Source: Chrysomallon squamiferum
Lineage: Eukaryota; Animalia; Mollusca
Length of the DNA: 64,000 nt
Reading direction: 5' to 3'
Assembly (NCBI GenBank): GCA_012295275.1
Contig: CM022665.1
Coordinates: forward strand, 48,670,001-48,734,000
Under the pieces are notes generated by a model, which was given only the letters and a program-made list of their open reading frames with translations, ran no database searches and was not told the DNA's origin. Shown here in pieces: positions 54,201 through 64,000 of this stretch; within the stretch, counting starts at the first letter, position 1; the number at the start of each line of letters is the position of its first letter. Made by a program: the position numbers and the translations under genes.

Positions 54201-56848
54201 ATAAAGGTTAAAGTTAAATATAAATGTAAATCTATAAGTTTATGAAAAAATGAAATAAGAGTTAATGGCAAAATCAGAGATATTAATATGTATATCTAAA
54301 GGTTTCAGGTACATTTTTTTATGTACTATAAAAATCAAAATTAAATATGTAATTAAAAGCAATATATGAATGAAATAATATTCTCAAATGAGTTTATAAT
54401 CAAGGACACCTCCGAAGTGCTTTGGCCTATATTCTGCTCCTGTAAGACATATCTATTAATAATTTACCTATGTGGCAGAATTTCACTTTCCATTTTTACA
54501 TGTTCTTCTGCTACATCTGATGCATGACAAAGTTCATTGAAGTTTTTGTGCACCTCAGCACAAAGTACTGAATTCTTTGTGACAAAAAGCTGATGCAGAT
54601 GAACATAACCAGGTGCAGTATACTCCTCTTCCTCCTCAGCATCACTCTCATTATTAGCTGTACCCGATGACTCTTCACTCACTGTACCTGAATCTGGAAC
54701 AGAGGTACATTTTAGGAAATAACCACTTGTTCTTTGATCAATTCATGTTTTATACTAAAACAGGTCATAAGCCGGCTGAAATAAAGCACAACACAAATGT
54801 TTTGATAAGATATGAAAAGAGCCAAATGGCCACACCGAAGACTGATTTTTAAGCAGTTATGAACAGAATCTGTCACTTTTAAGATGGTTTATGGCAGTGC
54901 ATATATGTTTTAAATGTTTATATCATATGTCAGAACATCGAGCTGTCACTCAAGAGCAGGGCTGGGCAAACTTTTTAGCTCAAGGGCCACATTTAGTTTT
55001 TCTGACTGACAAGTGGGCCACACCATTAAGAGATGGAAAATGAACAACCATAAAGCATACAAAATACACATGAAATGTATTTCTTTTTTCTGTTTTTTAA
55101 TCAACAAATGTATTGTTACAAACAAACAACTCACCACTGATCGATTTAATGGGAACAGTGTTGTTGAGGGTGCCCATATTTTGTTATCATTTTGTTATGG
55201 AGGGTGATGCTAGAGTCGGAGGTAGAGATGGCAATGCGTAGCTGAGAGAATGTGGTGGATATATACACCGACACACCCCATTTCAATACTCAGTTTCAAT
55301 TGTTTTTTGATGGATCTTCTCAGCAAACATCACGTGACAGTTGGAATGTGCCAATTGTAATTGCCATCTCAAGTCGGCAGTGAAGAAGACCCAGTCTAGT
55401 TGCAATGCGCCACCTGGTGGTACCAATAAAGCATCACTGGGAAAAAAATCAGTGAAATGAAGTCTACAAATTTGAAAATGTTATAGCTTATTGTTCGTGA
55501 AAATGATATCGTGGGCCGGATGTGGCCCCCGGGTCGTAGTTTGCCCACTTCTGCTCTAGAGTTTTTAACAAAGGTTGAAAATTACCTGCATGTGACAAAG
55601 TGACATCATCACACAATTCACAAGTATTTGTGTTAACATCAACTTCTGCAACCTCTGTTTCTGAAAAATAAACTTAAAAACATAACAAAAAAATTCATAA
55701 TATATATTGAAATGAAATGAAATAAATCTTTTTTTTATATTAAATACTCAACAAATAAAATAGTTTACTTATGGAAAATAATTATCAGAATACAAATCTA
55801 CTGTTCTATTGACTGAACTTGATATTCCCACTTGGTACATTCAGTAGCAACAACTTATACCCTTCCCCTGTACCTGTCTTCCCCATGCATACATTTATTT
55901 ACATATGTCTTTCTTAATACAAACCCTCTCCAGTCTCTTTAATAAACTGTTGTTCTCTAGCTTCTTTGGCTTTTGTCCAGTACTTAGTGAAAACAGTCCA
56001 CAGTCGGTACAAACAACATGTAGTTTTTCCTGTTCCACTTCTGCCCAAAAGCAATATAGGTGATTCAGACTCCAGATTAATGATGTCATGCTCTGCGTCT
56101 GTGACTCTGAATGGAAACTTCACCTTAATTTCACGATTTTGAAGAATATCTGAAACCAGTTCAGAGGTAAAAAAGAGTAGAACTTGAGAATATGGAATTT
56201 TCCTTCTTGTCGACTTGCTGGAGGGTACAGTTGTAGTGATTGTTGTTGTTCTCTCAGAGGAGGCAAATCTACGTCATCTTCAGCTTTAACAAACAGCTTA
56301 GGAATTTGTTTCTCAGTTTTCGTCTCTTGTCTGTTATGTGCTTTTATTATATTTTCAATAGCACGTTTCAGACGACTATCATCAAGAACTATGTCCCAAA
56401 CTCTGATAATGTAGGAGTTGATTCTGCAACTTTTTACATCAAAATCTTCATTGCTGTTAGCTTCTGTTTCAAGTTTTATTTTAGCAGCTTTACTCAGTTG
56501 TGGTGAGGAAGCAGTTGCCCGCTCCCATAAAATTATTGCTGCCTTAGGCAATCTGGCTTCAAACAGCTTCAGAGTAGGAGGAGTATTAGAAACTCTGTAA
56601 TGTAAATACGGGCGCCATTCACATGATGCTAAAAGCTTAATTCTTTGAATCACTTGTTGCTTCATTTTTAATGGAACATGTTTATCTTCAAGAGTTTTCC
56701 ATACTTTAACAGTACATTTTACTTTCTTCTCCAAGTTGTCAAAAACCTTACGATCAATTTCAATTTCTTCTGCACTTCCTTCTTCATCATCTTCCAAATC
56801 CAATTTTATGTTAACATCTTTTTCATTTGTTTCCTCATTGTCTGACTT
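45646..56848 (-). CDS. TRANK1: TRANK1-like (TPR/ankyrin + UvrD-like SF1 helicase) protein: C-terminal region plus helicase module copy A; contains frameshifts
   Basis: Exons 55925-56848, 55586-55660, 54468-54693, 52936-54160, 52531-52630, 52107-52319, 51609-51766, 51239-51406, 50627-50791, 49571-49787, 46556-49386, 45646-45891. Motifs: Walker A LLGRSGTGKTT, HLHQLFVTKN, Walker B VDETQD, GDTAQSIMRG, LTHNYRSH, EAKxLEFDDVLLYNFF, ELKHLYTALTRA, then TPR-like helices. Frame breaks at ~56170, ~48730-48810 and ~48490. Confidence 0.85.
54957..55553. mobile_element. hAT (Charlie-like) MITE, copy A
   Basis: TIRs CAGGGCTGGGCAAACT / AGTTTGCCCACTTCTG, subterminal GGGCC motifs, 8-bp TSD CTCAAGAG / CTCTAGAG. 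Confidence 0.85.
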
Positions 56849-57082
56849 CTGCAAACAATTTAAATATTAAAAACAATTTGTATTTAAATACATTGGTGAT
56901 TATATTCTATCAAAATACCCTGAATCTGCGTTAAGATATAAATCATAGTAAAATAAATTATTAGTATTTCAACTGAAAGGGATATCTGTGGAAAAAGAAA
57001 CATTGATATACCTACTAAAATAGCAAAATCAGCTGTTTCTCTTTAAACTATTATATTATCAGATACCACCATTACCACCCTT

Positions 57083-57200
<118 letters not shown>

Positions 57201-57362
57201 GATCTTAGTGACAACTTGTAATACCTCAGCTGCTATTCTTTCTTTGGCTGATTCTGCTAACAAAGCTTGTGATATGGTCTCAATGCTAACAATGAAATGT
57301 TATTGATTTGTTGTCCTAGAAACAGTAATTTAATTCAATAATACATGAGATATTCAACTAAC

Positions 57363-60300
57363 CTCTAGTTTCATCTTGTGTCTACGCAAACAATCAATTG
57401 CTTCATCAAACAGTTCTTCCTTGTAAAGTATATCTGTAGCCTTGTTGAAGTAGCCAAGTTGTTCGTAACATCGGCTGCAGTCAAGAATTTTCTTTGACTT
57501 CCAGTACATTCTTGCAGCAGGCACAAGCTATGAATAAAAAACAACAACATCTACTTATTGACTGTTTTTAAATGTTTTTGAAAATATTTAAATGGGATCA
57601 ATAAAATATTAAAGGAAAGTCAATTTAAAAGACTATTTATTTTAAAAGTATGTAATTTCTGTCAAAATCAATAGAATCTCTTTTAAATGTGAAAATATTT
57701 ATAACAAAAATATGTATTATAATCTAGCATACAAATAGTATCAATAACAAGACAAAATTAAACACAACCCTGATTTCAAACTAAGAAGTAAGAAACAAAA
57801 GGAAAATATTTATTTTTGATTAGTAATTTAATTAATGAAATTTAGAGTGAAATTTTCTTTAAATGAAAGACTATCAAATATAAAAACAACAAAGAGAGAA
57901 TACAAATTATTATTATTATTATTATTATTATTTGTATTCCAGCAATCTAACCCGTCCACATTTTTCAAATGTCTTAGCAGCCAGCTCGTATTCACGGGCA
58001 TTCTGAAGACAAAGTGCTGCCTTGTTTGCAAGGCCACATTCCAAGAAAGTTTTAGCTGCAAACATATATTCCTCATGCATTCTCCGAGGAGTATCCTTCA
58101 TTCTTGATGCTTTCATTGCCTGCAGAAATATATAAACTCCAATTCTAAATCTATTTATTGATAAAACTGAAATAAATCAGTCAATGAGTAAGTGACAGAG
58201 TTACAAAGTTTCAAACCAATGAAGTTAATGTAACCATTTGTTTTTTCTTGTGTGAAATTCTGAAACAAAAAGACAGATCTCAGTTTATTTATCCAGGTAT
58301 AATGTTATTATTTGTTGTTACCTGACTGTGTGCCTGTGCTATCTTTTGTTTATTCTCACAACCAGCCATTTTGTAACATTTAGCAGCAACATCATAGAGG
58401 GATCGTTTCATTAACTCATCACCCTTTTTTCCCATTCAGCTCGACCAGATTTCTCAGCAAATATGTTACTGTCTGAATCTATAAAAACAGAAGAATACTG
58501 TTATAAAATGTATTCTAAAATGATTAAATTAAAAATAAAATAAATAAAAAAAACACACTAAAAAACCAAACAAACAAACATGGGTTTTACTGCTGCCAGT
58601 GAATAGAAAAGGTACCATGTGTCTTTCCTCATTATCATGTGATACCTCAGCTGCAATATATATCACATTTGATATCCAGTGGACATAAGAATTAAGACAT
58701 CACACAATGAAACACGCACGCCCACACAGAGGTCATTTACAAAACCTAACCACTGTAACAGAGCAAATAAAATAATAAAAGGTAACTGAAAAAACTCAAT
58801 AAAGAAAATTACCAAGACTGTCAGTTGAAACAACATGGACAAGGTCTCTAGCCTTGAAATACTCAAACATCGGAGCCCGTTTTTCCTCACTTTCATCAAA
58901 AATCCACACATTTACACGTGCTCTTGTCAAAGCTGTATACAGATGTTTCAGTTCAGAGTTCAATACCTTGTGTTGATTGGAGTCAAATGTCAAAGGTCGA
59001 GGTCGGCTTGGCTGTTTCAAAACCTCTGCAAGTTAAGAAGATGAAAGGTTCATTTACGAGCAGATATTTCAACTCTTTATCATCTCTAACTTTAAACCTT
59101 TATATTTTTATATTTATCAAAGTAAGTAACTCTAGTATGTTTATTCAATTATTAGTATCTTTAGTGTTTTTCAATTTATTTATGCATGTTTGTATGTGTC
59201 TGTGTTTAACTTTTTGTATGTACTTTTGCTGATTACCTTCATCCAGGATGACTAGATTCTCCTGATAATCTTTATCTTCTAACTTTCCTTTCATTCTCTC
59301 CACATAGTCTGTTACAATCCTCCATTCCTTAGAAGCCTAGTTTAAATAAATAAAAAGTCAGTAAATATCAATTTATCTTTAGACTCTTTATTAGTATAAC
59401 ATCAACAATGTCACAAGCCATAATGATCTTATCCAGTAGCATAACATAAATTTACATTTATTGAGAATTATTTCTGCTAGGATAATACATTTTAAAACCT
59501 TTTTAAAATGAGCAATGTAGCATAAATTCAGGTGAAATATTTTTCTATTGATCTGTTGACAAACATATTTAATGATATCTTATCAAAAGTCAGAATACAT
59601 GTAACTATTATTTTAAGAAACATTAAGATTTTGTCTTACGCAAGAATCCTTGAAAAAGTTGTAGAGAAGCACATCGTCAAATTCCAGGCCTTTTGCTTCA
59701 TAGATGGTCAAAATCAAACCAAGTCTCAGTTCTTCTGGGATCGAATCTCTTGCCTCTTCGTTAACAACTAAAATAGCTTGATGTGCACCAAATTCAATGT
59801 GGGATGTCTTACGTTTGTGTCCCTGAAGTAAAATGGCTAGATCATTAGGACTGCAGGACTCAAGCAAAACTGGCTTAAGTCCATGAAACAAACCCTGATC
59901 CTTCTGCAGACAATCAAAAGAATCTGGAAAAAATTCAGCCATAAGATCCAGAATGGCAGAAGCTAAAGAGAGAATGCTTGTATGAGATCTGTAGTTGTGT
60001 GTCAGCTGGTACACTTGCTTGGGAACTTTAATTGACCTGGTTTTGCCAACTGAGTGCTGTGATTTCTGTGCATGGTAGAAGAGTGATTTCAGATCACTGA
60101 AGCGGAAAGAAATGCCTCTCATTATGCTCTGAGCTGTGTCTCCAGTCAAAAACATGTTGTTTGGGTTTTGAGTAATACGGATTAGGACAGCCAACTCAGC
60201 CTGTGCGAAATCTTGAGTTTCATCTACATATATCCCATGCAATATCCATGGTTGCTGTTTCCGGTTGTGCAGTCTTTTGTGGATTGAATAAATCAGATCT

Positions 60301-63300
60301 AACTCATCAAAGAGAAAATTCTGAGTCTTAAAATGGTCATACCTTAGAAATAATTGATATATCTTGTCATGTTCCCCAATAAAATCAGGAGCACGTTTAC
60401 GACCTAAATCAATATACTCATGTTTTTCGAGATATCCATTTGGTTTTGTTAGTGCCTCGAATGATCCTCTGATAAAAGACATGATTTCTGTCCACACCAA
60501 AGAGGGATGGTAATTGACAGACATTTTCTTGTTTATCTTTGGCCACACTTCAGCTGCAAACACTTCATATGTGACTTCACGACGAGGATCCAGTTTCTGT
60601 TTCTTTGTCCCATGCAGCTCTTCAGTCACAGCTTCATTTTGAATGTCAGTGTCCTCATCTGAAAGCTCATCATCAGACTCATCGTCAAGTGGCGTAAAAC
60701 CAAACAGATCATCCTGTGTACCCCAGCCCCGAACGTCCACCTTCAAACTTCCATCATCATTTCTTTCAAAGAAGTAAGGTGGGCCTAGTGAGGCATCCAG
60801 AATCAGAAGCAACTGCTTTGATGTTAGGAATAGTGGGTAGAGAAAATCATTTACATCCTGCAGTCTGAAAAACAAAAACAAAAACAAATCAAATTAACAG
60901 AAAAATAAAGGTTAAAGTTAAATATAAATGTAAATCTATAAGTTTATGAAAAAATGAAATAAGAGTTAATGGCAAAATCAGAGATATTAATATGTATATC
61001 TAAAGGTTTCAGGTACATTTTTTTATGTACTATAAAAATCAAAATTAAATATGTAATTAAAAGCAATATATGAATGAAATAATATTCTCAAATGAGTTTA
61101 TAATCAAGGACACCTCCGAAGTGCTTTGGCCTATATTCTGCTCCTGTAAGACATATCTATTAATAATTTACCTATGTGGCAGAATTTCACTTTCCATTTT
61201 TACATGTTCTTCTGCTACATCTGATGCATGACAAAGTTCATTGAAGTTTTTGTGCACCTCGGCGCAAAGTACTGAATTCTTTGTGACAAAAAGCTGATGC
61301 AGATGAACATAACCAGGTGCAGTATACTCCTCTTCCTCCTCAGCATCATTGTCATTATTAGCTGTACTCAATGACTCTTCACTCACTGTACCTGAATCTG
61401 GAACAGAGGTACATTTTAGGAAATAACCACTTGTTCTTTGATCAATTCATGTTTTATACTAAAACAGGTCATAAGCCGGCTGAAATAAAGCACAACACAA
61501 ATGTTTTGATAAGATATGAAAAGAGCCAAATGGCCACACCGAAGACTGATTTTTAAGCAGTTATGAACAGAATCTGTCACTTTTAAGATGGTTTATGGCA
61601 GTGCATATATGTTTTAAATGTTTATATCATATGTCAGAACATCGAGCTGTCACTCAAGAGCAGGGCTGGGCAAACTTTTTAGCTCAAGGGCCACATTTAG
61701 TTTTTCTGACTGACAAGTGGGCCACACCATTAAGAGATGGAAAATGAACAACCATAAAGCATACAAAATACACATGAAATGTATTTCTTTTTTCTGTTTT
61801 TTAATCAACAAATGTATTGTTACAAACAAACAACTCACCACTGATCGATTTAATGGGAACAGTGTTGTTGAGGGTGCCCATATTTTGTTATCATTTTGTT
61901 ATGGAGGGTGATGCTAGAGTCGGAGGTAGAGATGGCAATGCGTAGCTGAGAGAATGTGGTGGATATATACACCGACACACCCCATTTCAATACTCAGTTT
62001 CAATTGTTTTTTGATGGATCTTCTCAGCAAACATCACGTGACAGTTGGAATGTGCCAATTGTAATTGCCATCTCTAGTCGGCAGTGAAGAAGACCCAGTC
62101 TAGTTGCAATGCGCCACCTGGTGGTACCAATAAAGCATCACTGGGAAAAAAATCAGTGAAATGAAGTCTACAAATTTGAAAATGTTATAGCTTATTGTTC
62201 GTGAAAATGATATCGTGGGCCGGATGTGGCCCCCCTCATCGTAGTTTTTGCCCACTTCTGCTCTAGAGTTTTTAACAAAGGTTGAAAATTACCTGCATGT
62301 GACAAAGTGACATCATCACACAATTCACAAGTATTTGTGTTAACATCAACTTCTGCAACCTCTGTTTCTGAAAAATAAACTTAAAAACATAACAAAAAAA
62401 TTCATAATATATATTGAAATGAAATGAAATAAATCTTTTTTTTTTATATTAAATACTCAACAAATAAAATAGTTTACTTATGGAAAATAATTATCAGAAT
62501 ACAAATCTACTGTTCTATTGACTGAACTTGATATTCCCACTTGGTACATTCAGTAGCAACAACTTATACCCTTCCCCTGTACCTGTCTTCCCCATGCATA
62601 CATTTATTTACATATGTCTTTCTTAATACAAACCCTCTCCAGTCTCTTTAATAAACTGTTGTTCTCTAGCTTCTTTGGCTTTTGTCCAGTACTTAGTGAA
62701 AACAGTCCACAGTCGGTACAAACAACATGTAGTTTTTCCTGTTCCACTTCTGCCCAAAAGCAATATAGGTGATTCAGACTCCAGATTAATGATGTCATGC
62801 TCTGCGTCTGTGACTCTGAATGGAAACTTCACCTTAATTTCACGATTTTGAAGAATATCTGAAACCAGTTCAGAGGTAAAAGAGTAGAACTTGAGAATAT
62901 GGAATTTTCCTTCTTGTCGACTTGCTGGAGGGTACAGTTGTAGTGATTGTTGTTGTTCTCTCAGAGGAGGCAAATCTACGTCATCTTCAGCTTTAACAAA
63001 CAGCTTAGGAATTTGTTTCTCAGTTTTCGTCTCTTGTCTGTTATGTGCTTTTATTATATTTTCAATAGCACGTTTCAGACGACTATCATCAAGAACTATG
63101 TCCCAAACTCTGATAATGTAGGAGTTGATTCTGCAACTTTTTACATCAAAATCTTCATTGCTGTTAGCTTCTGTTTCAAGTTTTATTTTAGCAGCTTTAC
63201 TCAGTTGTGGTGAGGAAGCAGTTGCCCGCTCCCATAAAATTATTGCTGCCTTAGGCAATCTGGCTTCAAACAGCTTCAGAGTAGGAGGAGTATTAGAAAC

Positions 63301-63555
63301 TCTGTAATGTAAATACGGGCGCCATTCACATGATGCTAAAAGCTTAATTCTTTGAATCACTTGTTGCTTCATTTTTAATGGAACATGTTTATCTTCAAGA
63401 GTTTTCCATACTTTAACAGTACATTTTACTTTCTTCTCCAAGTTGTCAAAAACCTTACGATCAATTTCAATTTCTTCTGCACTTCCTTCTTCATCATCTT
63501 CCAAATCCAATTTTATGTTAACATCTTTTTCATTTGTTTCCTCATTGTCTGACTT
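57363..63555 (-). CDS. TRANK1: TRANK1-like helicase module copy B (tandem duplicate, upstream in gene order)
   Basis: Exons 62634-63555, 62293-62367, 61172-61397, 59640-60864, 59237-59336, 58813-59025, 58322-58478, 57952-58119, 57363-57527, colinear with copy A at a ~6.7-kb offset. Helicase motifs intact (TIYEAKGLEF, TRAR). Exon 58322-58478 is 1 nt shorter than in copy A (157 vs 158 nt). Confidence 0.85.
61661..62260. mobile_element. hAT (Charlie-like) MITE, copy B (duplicated with the segment)
   Basis: Same element, flanks and TSD as 54957-55553. Confidence 0.85.
61927..62076. mobile_element. 150-bp nested hAT-like mini-element (also at 55223-55372)
   Basis: Perfect 13-bp inverted termini TAGAGATGGCAAT / ATTGCCATCTCTA. 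8-bp flanks GTCGGAGG / GTCGGCAG match at 6/8. Confidence 0.55.
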
Positions 63556-63788
63556 CTGCAAACAATTTAAATATTAAAACAATTTGTATTTAAATACATT
63601 GGTGATTATATTCTATCAAAATACCCTGAATCTGCGTTAAGATATAAATCATAGTAAAATAAATTATTAGTATTTCAACTGAAAGGGATATCTGTGGAAA
63701 AAGAAACATTGATATACCTACTAAAATAGCAAAATCAGCTGTTTCTCTTTAAACTATTATATTATCAGATACCACCATTACCACCCTT

Positions 63789-63902
<114 letters not shown>

Positions 63903-64000
63903 GATCTTAGTGACAACTTGTAATACCTCAGCTGCTATTCTTTCTTTGGCTGATTCTGCTAACAAAGCTTGTGATATGGTCTCAATGCTAACAATGAAAT

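Noticed and set aside
54946-55207. Short ORFs inside the hAT MITE (also 61650-61911) as transposase remnants
   Set aside because: No transposase-like motifs; they are duplicated only because the segment is duplicated.

Overview
AT-rich, microsatellite-rich, intron-containing animal genomic DNA (invertebrate, probably mollusc-like; that assignment is inference). I assembled the gene models by hand from GT-AG junctions and reading-frame continuity. (1) STK33 kinase, minus strand, 13 coding exons, ~465 aa. (2) An unnamed minus-strand gene, 12 coding exons, ~731 aa: a long disordered N-terminus, a degenerate CBP/p300 TAZ2-like zinc finger and a pseudokinase domain lacking the G-loop, HRD and DFG. 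(3) RMI1, plus strand, 12 coding exons, ~719 aa, head-to-head with gene 2; one exon is flanked by tandem decoy copies of its own splice acceptor (x3) and donor (x15). (4) tRNA-Val(TAC). (5) A TRANK1-like gene, minus strand, 5' end outside the window. Its ~6.7-kb block (RelE-like domain + UvrD/SF1 helicase + TPR) is tandemly repeated: two copies are visible and the same junction recurs at the window edge, implying a third. The copies splice in phase, differ mainly in coding sequence and carry different frameshifts. Also present: Tigger-, piggyBac- and hAT-type MITEs (one nested, carrying a CTCF consensus), a ~1.9-kb foldback palindrome and many mini/microsatellites.
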